DNA of 64,000 nucleotides from Halarcobacter sp. (GTDB lineage: Bacteria > Campylobacterota > Campylobacteria > Campylobacterales > Arcobacteraceae), in assembly GCA_963676565.1 (NCBI GenBank), contig OY781089.1, forward strand, positions 3,276,669-3,340,668. The letters are read 5' to 3'. Positions 51,298 through 61,826 of the stretch are shown here, piece after piece; the stretch's first letter is position 1; every line of letters begins with the position of its first letter. The notes beneath the pieces were generated by a model. It was not told where the DNA came from. It did no database searches and worked only from the letters and a program-made list of their open reading frames with translations. Made by a program: the position numbers and the translations under genes.

Positions 51298-53070
51298 ATG
51301 AAAATTCTAAAAACAATAACAATACTATTAATTCTAGTAGTAAACTTATTCTCAAAACCACTGGACAAAGTAACTATACAATTAGACTGGCTACACCAAT
51401 TCCAATTTGCTGGATATTATATGGCAAAGGAAAAAGGTTTTTATGAAAATGAAAACTTAGATGTAAATATAAAAGAGTTTGACTATAATATAAACATATT
51501 AGATGACTTATTAAATAAAAAAATAGACTATGCACTAGGAAAATCATCCCTTATAGTTGATAAACTTGAGGGGAAAGATATTGTTATTTTATCAGCCATT
51601 TATCAAAATTCACCAATGGTTTTAATCTCTTTAAAAAAATCAAATATTTTTTCACCAAAAGACTTGAAAAATAAAAATATTATGATTACTTCCGATGCAA
51701 AGTTAGCAGCAAGTATTAATTCTATGATAATATCACAAGGTGTATCTTTAGATAGTATAAATTTTCAAAAACACTCCTTTAAAATTGAAGATTTAATTAA
51801 TGGTGAAACTGATGCCATGGCTTCTTATCTTTCAAATGAACCATTTATTTTAAAAGAAAAAAACATAGACTTTGTAATTCACAATCCAAGTGATTATGGC
51901 TTTGATTTTTATGGAGGTATCTTTTATACCTCAAAAATGGAATTAAATCAAAATCCACTTAGGGTTAAAAAAATTTACGAAGCTACAATGAAAGGATGGA
52001 GTTATGCCTTTGAGAATATTGAAGAGACAGCAAAACTAATTTTTAACAAATACAATACACAAAATAAAAGTTTAAAATCTTTAATATATGAAGGTCAAAT
52101 TTTAAAAAAATTAGCAAAATTTGATGAAGGCTTATTAGGTAATATTGATAAAAAAAAGATTGAAGAGATAAAAAGGTTATATCTTCTTTTAGGGACTACA
52201 AATAAATCATACTATCTTGAAAATTTTATCTATTCACCAGATCAAATATTAAAAACAAAAAAAGTTGATAAATTCTTAAAAGAAAATCCTTTAACTTTAG
52301 TTACTAATAATACATATCCGCCCTTTACAATGATGATTGATAATAAAATTTCAGGTATTGAAATAGATTATTGGAAGCTTATAAATAAAAAACTTAGTTT
52401 AAATACAGCAAATACATTAATAGTTCAAAATGTAAAAGAAGCCTTGAAAAAGATTGATGAAAACCCAAATAATGTTAAATATAGTTTTAGTAGATATGAT
52501 AATACACCGAAACTATTGGAAACTATTCCAATTGCACATTTAAAGATGGGAATTGCTACAAAATTTAATAAACCCTATATTTCAAACTTAAATGAAATAA
52601 AGAACAAAAAAATTGCTATAGCAAAAAACTCAATATATTATAAACAAATAAAAGACCTTTATCCAGATATTGATTTTGTAAGAATTGATGACTTAAATAA
52701 AGCTATGAAATATCTAAATGAAGACAAAGTTTATGCTGTAATAGCTAAAGTTCCAGCAATTGCATATGTTATTTCAAAAGAAAACTATCAAAAAATAAAA
52801 ATTTCGGGGATTATAGATAATGTTGATTTTGAATTAAAACTTGTACTAAACAAAGAAAATACTAAGCTATTAAAACTACTAAATAGCTCTATTGCTTTAA
52901 TAAGTGATGAAGAGAGACAAGAAATCAATAATAAATACTATTCAATTGTATACCAAGATAAAGTTGACTACACTTTTGTATTAAAGTTTCTTTTACCTTT
53001 ACTAATTATTATGATTTTATTAATTATCTATAATTTTAAACTCAAAAAACAAATAAAAAAATCAAGTTAA
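51298..53070 (+). CDS. NMT1/THI5 plus PBPb periplasmic sensor with TM anchor but no cytoplasmic output domain (possibly truncated)
   Basis: IQLDWLHQFQFAGYYMAKEKGFY, paralogous to 3834-6434; ends about 12 residues after the TM helix. Confidence 0.8.
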   Translation: MKILKTITILLILVVNLFSKPLDKVTIQLDWLHQFQFAGYYMAKEKGFYENENLDVNIKEFDYNINILDDLLNKKIDYALGKSSLIVDKLEGKDIVILSAIYQNSPMVLISLKKSNIFSPKDLKNKNIMITSDAKLAASINSMIISQGVSLDSINFQKHSFKIEDLINGETDAMASYLSNEPFILKEKNIDFVIHNPSDYGFDFYGGIFYTSKMELNQNPLRVKKIYEATMKGWSYAFENIEETAKLIFNKYNTQNKSLKSLIYEGQILKKLAKFDEGLLGNIDKKKIEEIKRLYLLLGTTNKSYYLENFIYSPDQILKTKKVDKFLKENPLTLVTNNTYPPFTMMIDNKISGIEIDYWKLINKKLSLNTANTLIVQNVKEALKKIDENPNNVKYSFSRYDNTPKLLETIPIAHLKMGIATKFNKPYISNLNEIKNKKIAIAKNSIYYKQIKDLYPDIDFVRIDDLNKAMKYLNEDKVYAVIAKVPAIAYVISKENYQKIKISGIIDNVDFELKLVLNKENTKLLKLLNSSIALISDEERQEINNKYYSIVYQDKVDYTFVLKFLLPLLIIMILLIIYNFKLKKQIKKSS

Positions 53071-53091
53071 GGTATTAATTTACCTTAACTT
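53064..53091. terminator. Hairpin terminator between convergent genes
   Basis: AAGTTAAGGTA-ttaatt-TACCTTAACTT; contains the TAA stop of the upstream ORF. Confidence 0.7.
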
Positions 53092-53094
53092 CTA

Positions 53095-54909
53095 TTATAA
53101 TTGAAATTTTTTAATAAATTCATCTGATATATCTAAGATACCTCTTTGTCTTAAAGAATCAATAACCTCTTTAGAACAATCTACATCATCAGGCCATCTT
53201 CTCTTAAAATTGTCAAATGAATTTTTATTTGTTCCATCTACACAAATAGTATTTGAATCTATATAAATATCCCTATTTGAATCTATATTATTTACAACTC
53301 TCCATATTAACATATAAGAATTTTCTACATCATTTTGGTTAGCATCATCAACAATAATCAAAATCTTTAAATTATCGTATAAAGGTTCTAATACTTCAAA
53401 AAGATTCTTTTGATTTTGAGTTTTATCAACACTTATAACCGCAACTGGATTTTTTGTATCTTTATAGTATTGTTTTAGATTTTTAATATCAGAAGATATT
53501 TCTTGCATCTTTTCTAATAATTCATTATCTTCTAAAACTGTAATTCCCAACTCTTCAATCTCATCACCTGTACAATCAAGACCAAGTTTACCGCCTACTG
53601 CAAATTTTGGGGAACTATGGTCAAGGGCATCAACTACACCTCTAGTAATTAATAACTCCTCAATATCTATTCTATTTAAAATATGTCTACAAATAGCATC
53701 ATGGTCAGTTAAATCTGGTGCATCTTCATTAACAAATATTGCATGTTTAACAAAACTCATTTGCCCTACTCCCCAAAAAGCATGCATCATTTGTTGAGCA
53801 TGTCCTGGATATAAAGTTTTAATTTTTGCCAAAATCAGATTATGAAACACCCCATTTTCAGGCATGTAATAATCTATTAAATCAGGAGCTGTTGTTTTTA
53901 AAAGTGGTAAAAATATTCTTTCAGTTGCATGCCCCATATATTTATCTTCTAAAGGTGGTTTTCCAACAACAGTTGCTAAATATGTAGGTTTTTTCTTATG
54001 TGTTATTGCACTAACTTCCATAAATGGATACTCTTCTTCTAAAGTATAATATCCAGTATGATCTCCAAAAGGACCTTCAATTTTAAGTTTACTTGTATCA
54101 ACAAAACCTTCAATAATATAGTCATTATCCTTTGGAACATAAATATCATTGGTTACAGATTTCACTAATTGTGCATTTTTACCTTTTACAAATCCATAAA
54201 GCATCAATTCAAATACACCAATTGGAAGAGGAGCTTGTCCACACCAAATATACATAGGATCTCCACCAATACCAATTGAAACTGGCATTTTTTTACCAGC
54301 TTTTTTATATTCATGGAAAAAGTGGTTTGAATCTTTATGAATTTGCCAGTGCATACCTAAAGTATGGTCATCAAAAACTTGAAGTCTATACATACCAAGG
54401 TTTTTCATCTCACCATTTAAAGAAGTAGTATAAACTTGTCCCATAGTAATAAAAGGACCTCCATCTTGCTCCCAAGTAGTTAGAATAGGTAAATCAGAAA
54501 GTTTAGCATCTTTTCCAAGTTTTATTACTTCTTGACACTCCCCTTTCCCTTTCAGTTTTTTAGGTATTACATTTTTTAGTGCAAATAACTTCCCAAAAGT
54601 TGAAAGCTTTTCACTAAATGATGTAGGTGGTTTCATTTTAAGAAGAGACTCTATCTCATCTCCGATTTTATCACCATCACCAATAAATAGTTTAACTGCT
54701 TTTTCATTGCAAAAAACATTCATAAGTACTGGCATATCAAATTTTTTATTGTTTTTTCTATCAACCACATTTGTAAAAAGAATCGCTTTTGAATCCTCTT
54801 TTTTAACTTCAATATAAGCAATGTGTGGAATCTCAAGATAAATATCAAGTTCGTCATCAATAATTTTTAAAAGATTATTATTCTTTAAAATTTCTATAGC
54901 TTTTTCCAT
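53095..54909 (-). CDS. UbiD-family menaquinone biosynthesis decarboxylase (MqnL-like)
   Basis: DGGPFIT, NLGMYRLQ, EGPFGDHTGYY, GKPPLED; duplicated C-terminal domain; mqnA present in window. Confidence 0.92.
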   Translation of the reverse strand: MEKAIEILKNNNLLKIIDDELDIYLEIPHIAYIEVKKEDSKAILFTNVVDRKNNKKFDMPVLMNVFCNEKAVKLFIGDGDKIGDEIESLLKMKPPTSFSEKLSTFGKLFALKNVIPKKLKGKGECQEVIKLGKDAKLSDLPILTTWEQDGGPFITMGQVYTTSLNGEMKNLGMYRLQVFDDHTLGMHWQIHKDSNHFFHEYKKAGKKMPVSIGIGGDPMYIWCGQAPLPIGVFELMLYGFVKGKNAQLVKSVTNDIYVPKDNDYIIEGFVDTSKLKIEGPFGDHTGYYTLEEEYPFMEVSAITHKKKPTYLATVVGKPPLEDKYMGHATERIFLPLLKTTAPDLIDYYMPENGVFHNLILAKIKTLYPGHAQQMMHAFWGVGQMSFVKHAIFVNEDAPDLTDHDAICRHILNRIDIEELLITRGVVDALDHSSPKFAVGGKLGLDCTGDEIEELGITVLEDNELLEKMQEISSDIKNLKQYYKDTKNPVAVISVDKTQNQKNLFEVLEPLYDNLKILIIVDDANQNDVENSYMLIWRVVNNIDSNRDIYIDSNTICVDGTNKNSFDNFKRRWPDDVDCSKEVIDSLRQRGILDISDEFIKKFQL

Positions 54910-54993
54910 TATATCCTCTAGGTAATCTAATAATTAGTCAAAATCTTATATCATTTTATCAATAAAAAATAGTTTATAGTAGAGGTTTTAAGT

Positions 54994-56163
54994 ATGATTG
55001 ATAATATTAAATACAATTTTGATGAAGTGGTTGACAGAAAGAATACAGATTGTGCTAAATATGATGCACTAGAATTATATTTTAATGAAAAAGATCTACA
55101 ACCACTTTGGGTTGCAGATATGGATTTCAAAACTCCTGATGTAATAAATGATGCAATTATAAATAGAGCAAAACATGGAGTTTATGGATATGCTAAACCA
55201 TCAAAAAATACTTATAATCTTGTAAAAGAATGGATGAAGAAAAGACATAATTGGGATATTGATACTTCATGGATTAAATTTGTCAATGGTGTAGTCCCAG
55301 CTTATAGTGCTGCAGTTGAAGCCTTCAGTAATATTGATGATGAGATTATTGTTCAAACTCCAGTTTATTTTCCCTTATTTAAAAGTATAAAAGCAAATGG
55401 AAGAAAACTTGTAAAAAATCCTTTAATAGAAAAAGATGGTTATTACACAATGGATTTAGAGGATTTAAAATCAAAAATCACACCAAAAACAAAATTAATG
55501 GTATTGTGTTCTCCCCACAACCCAGTTGGACGAGTTTGGGATAAAAAGGAATTAGAGGAATTAGGAAATATTTGTGTACAACACAATATTATGATTATAA
55601 GTGATGAGATTCATGCAGATTTAGTATTCAAAAAATTTACTCCTATGGCATCAATTTCAAAAGAAATTTCTAATATTACATTAACTTTAAACTCTCCTGG
55701 AAAAACTTTTAATATAGCAGGATTAAATTGTGCCTATGCAATTTCTAAAAATGAACAAATACTAAAAACTTTTGAAAAAGAGATTCAAAAAAGAGAGATA
55801 GGATCAATAAATGTTTTTGGATATACCGCTTTGGAAGCTGCATATAAATATGGTGAAGATTGGTTAGAAGAATTATTAGTATATTTAAAAAATAATATAA
55901 ACTTTACAAAAGACTACTTGATTAGTCATGATTCAAAAATAACTTTTCTTGAACCAGAAGCAACATATTTACTTTGGTTAAACTTTAAAAATTTTTCTAA
56001 TAACCATGAACAAGTAAAACAAAAGCTACTTAAAGAAGCAAAAGTTGCACTTAATGATGGAACTAGCTTCGGCATCGAAGGCAAGGGCTATTTCAGACTT
56101 AACTGTGCCACTACAAAAAGAAATTTGGAAAATGCATTGGGTAAAATTGTTACATATTTTTAG
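54994..56163 (+). CDS. PatB/MalY-family PLP-dependent C-S lyase
   Basis: PLWVADMDF, CSPHNPVGRVW, SDEIHAD, SPGKTFNIAG. Confidence 0.94.
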   Translation: MIDNIKYNFDEVVDRKNTDCAKYDALELYFNEKDLQPLWVADMDFKTPDVINDAIINRAKHGVYGYAKPSKNTYNLVKEWMKKRHNWDIDTSWIKFVNGVVPAYSAAVEAFSNIDDEIIVQTPVYFPLFKSIKANGRKLVKNPLIEKDGYYTMDLEDLKSKITPKTKLMVLCSPHNPVGRVWDKKELEELGNICVQHNIMIISDEIHADLVFKKFTPMASISKEISNITLTLNSPGKTFNIAGLNCAYAISKNEQILKTFEKEIQKREIGSINVFGYTALEAAYKYGEDWLEELLVYLKNNINFTKDYLISHDSKITFLEPEATYLLWLNFKNFSNNHEQVKQKLLKEAKVALNDGTSFGIEGKGYFRLNCATTKRNLENALGKIVTYF

Positions 56164-56294
56164 TTATCTTTTTTAATAGTATTACCATTCTTCTCAATTA
56201 ACAAATAAAGTTTGAGGTATTTATCACATATGACCATATAGTTAAAGTTTTTATAGTACAATTCTTTAAACAAATCAAAATATGGGATAGATTT

Positions 56295-56657
56295 ATGTCA
56301 ACACATCTAATTCTTTCATCTATAATATTTGTTACGATAGGTTTAGTTTTAATTGGAGTTTTCTTTTTAACTAAATTTCTTGGACCAAATAAGAAAGATG
56401 ACAAACTAAAAAATACTGTTTACGAAAGTGGTATCAGTAACCCTGTTGGAGGCACAAACATCAGGTTCTCAATTAAGTTTTATCTTGTTGCAATTGGTTT
56501 TTTACTTTTTGATGTAGAAATCATATTTATGTTTCCTTGGGCTGTAAATATTTTAGATCTTGGTTATGCCGGAATTATTAAAATGTTTATTTTCATTGGA
56601 TTGCTATTTGCAGGATTAATATATATGTATAAGAAAAAGGCATTATCATGGGATTAG
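56295..56657 (+). CDS. nuoA: Complex I subunit A
   Basis: YESG, FYLVAIGFLLFDVEIIFMFPWA. Confidence 0.97.
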   Translation: MSTHLILSSIIFVTIGLVLIGVFFLTKFLGPNKKDDKLKNTVYESGISNPVGGTNIRFSIKFYLVAIGFLLFDVEIIFMFPWAVNILDLGYAGIIKMFIFIGLLFAGLIYMYKKKALSWD

Positions 56658-57163
56658 GAGCAGAAGCAAACTTAGGTGATTCTATTATCACCACAAAACT
56701 TGACGAAGCTATTAACTGGGCAAGATCGTATTCGATGTGGCCAATGGCATTTGGTACTGCATGTTGTGGTATTGAGTTTATGTCAGTTGCCGCTGCAAAA
56801 TATGATGTATCTAGATTTGGTGCGGAAGTTGTAAGATTCTCACCAAGACAAGCAGACTTACTTATTGTTGCAGGAACAATTACTTACAAACAAGCTCCTG
56901 TATTAAAAAAGATTTGGGATCAAATGTGTGAGCCAAAATGGGTTATCTCTATGGGTGCCTGTGCTTGCTCAGGTGGTTTCTATGATAACTACACAACTTT
57001 ACAAGGTATTGACGAAGTAATACCTGTTGATGAGTATGTTGCAGGATGTCCTCCAAGACCAGAGGCAGTATTAGATGCAATTATGCGAATTCAAGAAAGA
57101 TCTTACGATGAATCAATTATCAAAGATAGAGAGAAAAATTTCAAAGGGATTTTAGATGCTTAA
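56648..57163 (+). CDS. nuoB: Complex I subunit B
   Basis: GTACCGIE, SPRQAD, GACACSGG, GCPPRPE. Confidence 0.98.
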   Translation: MGLGAEANLGDSIITTKLDEAINWARSYSMWPMAFGTACCGIEFMSVAAAKYDVSRFGAEVVRFSPRQADLLIVAGTITYKQAPVLKKIWDQMCEPKWVISMGACACSGGFYDNYTTLQGIDEVIPVDEYVAGCPPRPEAVLDAIMRIQERSYDESIIKDREKNFKGILDA

Positions 57164-58790
57164 GCCAGATATGATTGTAGATTCAATAGATTTAAAAGCA
57201 ACAATTAAATCTCTTAAAGAAGAGAAAGATTATACAATTCTTCTAGATATCACTGCAGTAGATTACTTACAATATCCTGATGTTACTCCATCAAGATTTG
57301 GTGTAATTTATATTTTAAGAACAAGTGATTTCAAAAAACATTTAACTTTAAAAACTTATGTAAATGATACTACATTAGAAATCGATTCTATTACAGACCT
57401 TTATTATGCAGCAGATTGGGCAGAAAGAGAAACTTTTGACCAATATGGAATTAGATTTAAAGGTCATCCAAACTTAAAAAGAGTATTAAACCACCATCAA
57501 TTTGTGGGTCACCCATTAAGAAAAGATTATCCAGTTACAAAGGGACAAATTTGTACAGAGACTGAAGATTTAATGGATGAAATGGTTCCTTTATTAAAAA
57601 GAAAAGGTTATTCTGAATCTGATTTAGAAGAACTTATGATGTTAAATGTTGGTCCATCTCACCCTGCTTCTCATGGTACTATTAGAAACTTTGTTGCAAT
57701 GGAAGGTGAAACAATTACTGCTTGTGTAACTGAAATTGGTTACTTACATAGAGGTTTTGAAAAAGCATGTGAAACTCACAACTATTCACAAGTAATCCCA
57801 TATACAGATAGACTTAACTACTGCTCTGCGATGTTAAATAATATTGGTTATGCAAAAGCTATTGAAGATATGTTAGGTATAGATATTACTCCTAGAGCTA
57901 AAATGATTAGAGTAATTATTGGTGAGTTAAGTAGACTTACAGATCATATTGTATGTAATGCAGCAAATATGGTTGACCTTGGTGGACTTACAAACTTCTG
58001 GTATATCTTCGCTCCACGTGATAAAGCTTATGATTTATTCTCAAAATTAACAGGAGCAAGACTTACAAACTCTTACACTAGAATTGGTGGATTAGAATTT
58101 GACCTTTATGAAGGTTTTGCTGAAGATTTGGAAGATGTATTAAAAGATGTAGAAAAAGCTATTGATGATTCTTTATCACTAGTTGCTCACAATAAAATTT
58201 TCCAAGATAGAACTCAAGATGTTGGTGTAATTGATGCAAAATTTGCATTAGATGCTGGTATTACAGGTCCTAACTTAAGAGCAGCGGGAGTTCCTTTTGA
58301 CTTAAGAAAAGATACTCCATACTATGGATATGAAAACTTTGATTTTGATGTTGTAGTTGGTTCGCACGGTGATGTTTATGACAGAATCATGTGTAGATTT
58401 GAAGAGATGAGAGAATCTATGAAAATCATTAGACAAGCTATGAAAGAGCTTCCAGACGGTCCAATAAATGTTGATGCACCTGGTATTTTCTTACCATCTA
58501 AAAAAGATGTTTATGGAAATATCGAAGGGCTTATGAATCAATTCAAACTTACTTTTGAAGGTATCAAAGTTCCTAAAGGTGAATACTATGGAGCAACTGA
58601 AGGTGCTAATGGAGAATTAGGTTTTTATACTGTAAGTGATGGTTCAGGAACACCTTACAAAATTAAGTGTAGACCACCTTGTTATTATGCATTAGGTGGA
58701 TATGCAAGAATTGTAGAAGGTAATATGTTAGCTGACGCTGTTGTTACAATGGCAAGTATGAACTTTATTGCTGGGGAGTTTGATAGATAA
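57156..58790 (+). CDS. nuoCD: Fused complex I subunit C/D
   Basis: WAERETFD..G..F.GHP (NuoC) followed by NVGPSHPASHG, GYLHRGFEK, GEFDR (NuoD). Confidence 0.96.
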   Translation: MLKPDMIVDSIDLKATIKSLKEEKDYTILLDITAVDYLQYPDVTPSRFGVIYILRTSDFKKHLTLKTYVNDTTLEIDSITDLYYAADWAERETFDQYGIRFKGHPNLKRVLNHHQFVGHPLRKDYPVTKGQICTETEDLMDEMVPLLKRKGYSESDLEELMMLNVGPSHPASHGTIRNFVAMEGETITACVTEIGYLHRGFEKACETHNYSQVIPYTDRLNYCSAMLNNIGYAKAIEDMLGIDITPRAKMIRVIIGELSRLTDHIVCNAANMVDLGGLTNFWYIFAPRDKAYDLFSKLTGARLTNSYTRIGGLEFDLYEGFAEDLEDVLKDVEKAIDDSLSLVAHNKIFQDRTQDVGVIDAKFALDAGITGPNLRAAGVPFDLRKDTPYYGYENFDFDVVVGSHGDVYDRIMCRFEEMRESMKIIRQAMKELPDGPINVDAPGIFLPSKKDVYGNIEGLMNQFKLTFEGIKVPKGEYYGATEGANGELGFYTVSDGSGTPYKIKCRPPCYYALGGYARIVEGNMLADAVVTMASMNFIAGEFDR

Positions 58791-59266
58791 TGAGTAAATT
58801 TAAATATACTGAAGAAAACGAAAAAGAGTTTGCAAGAATTGCAGCTAAATATCCAAAAATTGATGCAATGATGCTTCCAGCACTATGGTTAGTTCAAGAG
58901 CAAGAGGGTTGGGTATCTCCAGAAGCAATGATTTTTGTTGCTGATAAACTAGGAAAAACACCAATTGAAGTTTATGAGTTTGCAACATTTTATACAATGT
59001 TCAACTTAAAACCAATTGGAACATACCACATTGAGTTATGTAAAACTTTATCTTGTATGTTAATGGGGGCACCTGAGCTTAAAAAATTCATCAAAGATAC
59101 TTTAGGTATTGAACCTGGTCAAACAAGTGAAGATGGAAAATTTCATTTAAGTGAAGTTGAGTGTCAAGGTGCTTGTGGTGGAGCTCCAATGATAGCATTA
59201 AATAATGAATATCATGAGAATTTAACTGTTGATAAATTAAAAAATATTATAGAGGGGTGTAAGTAA
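58790..59266 (+). CDS. nuoE: Complex I subunit E (N1a 2Fe-2S)
   Basis: ATFYTMF, CKTLSC, ECQGAC. Confidence 0.96.
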   Translation: MSKFKYTEENEKEFARIAAKYPKIDAMMLPALWLVQEQEGWVSPEAMIFVADKLGKTPIEVYEFATFYTMFNLKPIGTYHIELCKTLSCMLMGAPELKKFIKDTLGIEPGQTSEDGKFHLSEVECQGACGGAPMIALNNEYHENLTVDKLKNIIEGCK

Positions 59267-60525
59267 TGGCTGTAGAATTAATAAAAATTGTAAGCAAAAA
59301 CTTTGACATTCCAGATTCTCATAAATTAGATGTAGCTTTAAAAAACGGAAGATATGAATCTGTAGAAAAAGCTTTCTCTATGAAACCAGAAGATATCACT
59401 GAAGAGGTTTGTAAATCAGGTCTTAGAGGAAAAGGTGGTGGTGGTGCTGCTTGTGGACCAAAATGGAAATTAATGCCACCTGTTGATGAAAGACCAAGAT
59501 ATTTAATTGTAAATGGGGATGAATCTGAACCAGGAACTTTTAAAGATAGACAAATTTTCCAATACGATCCACACCTACTTATTGAAGGTATTATAGTTTC
59601 ATGTTGGGCTATGCAAGCAAATGATGCATATATTTATATTAGAGGTGAATATAAATGGTTCATTGATAGATTAAATGCAGCAATTGATGAAGCTTATGAA
59701 GCAGGAATTATTGGTGATAAAGTTATGAATAAGTATGACTTTAGAGTTGATATTACTGTTCATAGAGGTGGTGGAGCATATATCTGTGGTGAAAAATCTG
59801 CTTTAATTGAATCAATTGAAGGTAAAAGAGGACACCCAAGATTAAAACCACATGGAAAAGAGTGTGAGTGGTTTTATGGAATGCCTGCAACAGTTAATAA
59901 TGTTGAGACAATTTCATCAGTTCCAAACATAGTATTAAATGGATATGAATCATATACTAAATGGGGTACTGAAAAAGCTCCGGGTACTATGCTATTTGCT
60001 ATGAGTGGACCAGTTAAAAACCCTGGAGTTTACGAACTTCAATATGGTGAAAAGATGATTGATGTTATCAATGAAATTGGTGGAGGTATGAAAAATGGCC
60101 TTAAATTAAAAGCTGTAATCCCTGGTGGAGCATCTTGTCCAATTTTAACTGCCGAAGAGGTTGAAAAAGCTTATTTAGATTATGAATCTATGTGGGACAT
60201 CGGTTCAACATTAGGTACTGGAGGGATGATGATTATTCCTGAAGGAACTTCAATGGTTGACGTTGCAAAAAACTTAATAGAATTTTATCACCACGAGTCT
60301 TGTGGACAATGTACACCTTGTAGAGAAGGTACAGGTTGGATTGATAAAACTATCAAAAAAATTCTAGAGGGTAATGGCTCAGAAAAAGATATTGAAACTA
60401 TACTTGATGTTTGCGAAACAATGAATGGTAAAACTATTTGCGTTTTTGCACCAGCAGTAAAAGATATTATAAAAAGTATAGTTGTTAAGTATAGAAACGA
60501 ATTTACAGAATATTTTAATAAATAA
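59266..60525 (+). CDS. nuoF: Complex I subunit F (FMN, N3) with atypical nucleotide site
   Basis: NGDESEPGTFKDR, GAYICGE, NNVET, ESCGQCTPCREG...C. Confidence 0.96.
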   Translation: MAVELIKIVSKNFDIPDSHKLDVALKNGRYESVEKAFSMKPEDITEEVCKSGLRGKGGGGAACGPKWKLMPPVDERPRYLIVNGDESEPGTFKDRQIFQYDPHLLIEGIIVSCWAMQANDAYIYIRGEYKWFIDRLNAAIDEAYEAGIIGDKVMNKYDFRVDITVHRGGGAYICGEKSALIESIEGKRGHPRLKPHGKECEWFYGMPATVNNVETISSVPNIVLNGYESYTKWGTEKAPGTMLFAMSGPVKNPGVYELQYGEKMIDVINEIGGGMKNGLKLKAVIPGGASCPILTAEEVEKAYLDYESMWDIGSTLGTGGMMIIPEGTSMVDVAKNLIEFYHHESCGQCTPCREGTGWIDKTIKKILEGNGSEKDIETILDVCETMNGKTICVFAPAVKDIIKSIVVKYRNEFTEYFNK

Positions 60526-60539
60526 TTTAAGGAGATAAT

Positions 60540-61826
60540 ATGGGAAAGAATACTTTTACGTTAACAGATAATAGAGATGGCAGATCTTTTGAGTACGATA
60601 TTTTAAATGGTACAAGAGGTCCTGATGTAGTAGATATTAGATCATTTTATAAAGATTCAGGGATGTTTACTTATGACCCTGGTTATACTTCTACTGCCTC
60701 TTGTGATTCTAAAATTACATTTATTGATGGTGAAAACTCTGAACTTAGATATAGAGGTATCCCTATTGAAGAATTAGCGGGAAAGAGATCATACCTAGAT
60801 GTTTGTTATTTACTGTTTAGAGGTAATCTTCCAACAGAACAAGAGTCAAAAGATTTCGATTTAGAAATTAGACATAGATCATTTTTAGATGAAGGTATTT
60901 TAAGATTATTTGATGCACTACCAGATCATGCACATCCAATGGCAACTATGGGTGCAGCAACTATGGCTCTTGCTACAATATACAAAGATCACTTAAACTT
61001 AGAAAATGAAGAAGAGTTTAAAGTAATGAGAAGAAGAATCTTAGCAAAAATGCCAACTATTGCAGCTATGGCATTTAGAAACTCTAGAGGTGTTCCAATG
61101 ATCTATCCAGATATTGATAGATATTTCACTGAAAACTTCTTATATATGTTAAGAGCATATCCAGGTGGAAAACTAAAAAATCTTGGAAATGGATTACATG
61201 AAGAGATTAAACAAGTTGAAGTTGATGCCCTTGATGCGATTTTAACTTTACATGCTGATCATGAGCAAAATGCTTCTACAACAACAGTTAGAAATGTTGG
61301 TTCAACAGAAGCTCACCCTTATGTTGCAATTGCATCTGGTATTGCTGCGCTTTGGGGTTCTGCACACGGTGGAGCTAATGAAAAAGTTATGGATCAATTA
61401 CAATTAATTGGTGATGTTAAAAATGTGCCAACTTATATTGCAAAAGCAAAAGATAAAAATGATCCATTTAGACTTATGGGATTTGGACACAGAGTTTATA
61501 AAAACAGAGACCCAAGAGCTCAAGAGTTAAAAAGATTACAAGATAAGTTAAAAGAAGAGTTAAATCTAGATTCTAAACTTCTTGATATTGCATCTGCAGT
61601 TGAAGAAGCAGCATTAAATGATGATTACTTCAAACAAAGAGGTTTATATCCAAATATCGACTTCTATTCTGGTGTAATTTTAACTGCTCTTAAGATTCCA
61701 GTAGAGATGTTTACGCCTATTTTCGTTATCGGAAGAATTCCAGGATGGTTAGCACAATGGTCTGAATTAAAACAAGACCCTTCAGCAAAAATTGCAAGAC
61801 CAAGACAATTATATACAGGTAAATAA
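60540..61826 (+). CDS. gltA: Citrate synthase (Gram-negative type)
   Basis: TYDPGY.STASC.SKITFIDG, HADHEQNAST, HGGANE, LMGFGHRVYK, YPNIDFYSG. Confidence 0.98.
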   Translation: MGKNTFTLTDNRDGRSFEYDILNGTRGPDVVDIRSFYKDSGMFTYDPGYTSTASCDSKITFIDGENSELRYRGIPIEELAGKRSYLDVCYLLFRGNLPTEQESKDFDLEIRHRSFLDEGILRLFDALPDHAHPMATMGAATMALATIYKDHLNLENEEEFKVMRRRILAKMPTIAAMAFRNSRGVPMIYPDIDRYFTENFLYMLRAYPGGKLKNLGNGLHEEIKQVEVDALDAILTLHADHEQNASTTTVRNVGSTEAHPYVAIASGIAALWGSAHGGANEKVMDQLQLIGDVKNVPTYIAKAKDKNDPFRLMGFGHRVYKNRDPRAQELKRLQDKLKEELNLDSKLLDIASAVEEAALNDDYFKQRGLYPNIDFYSGVILTALKIPVEMFTPIFVIGRIPGWLAQWSELKQDPSAKIARPRQLYTGK

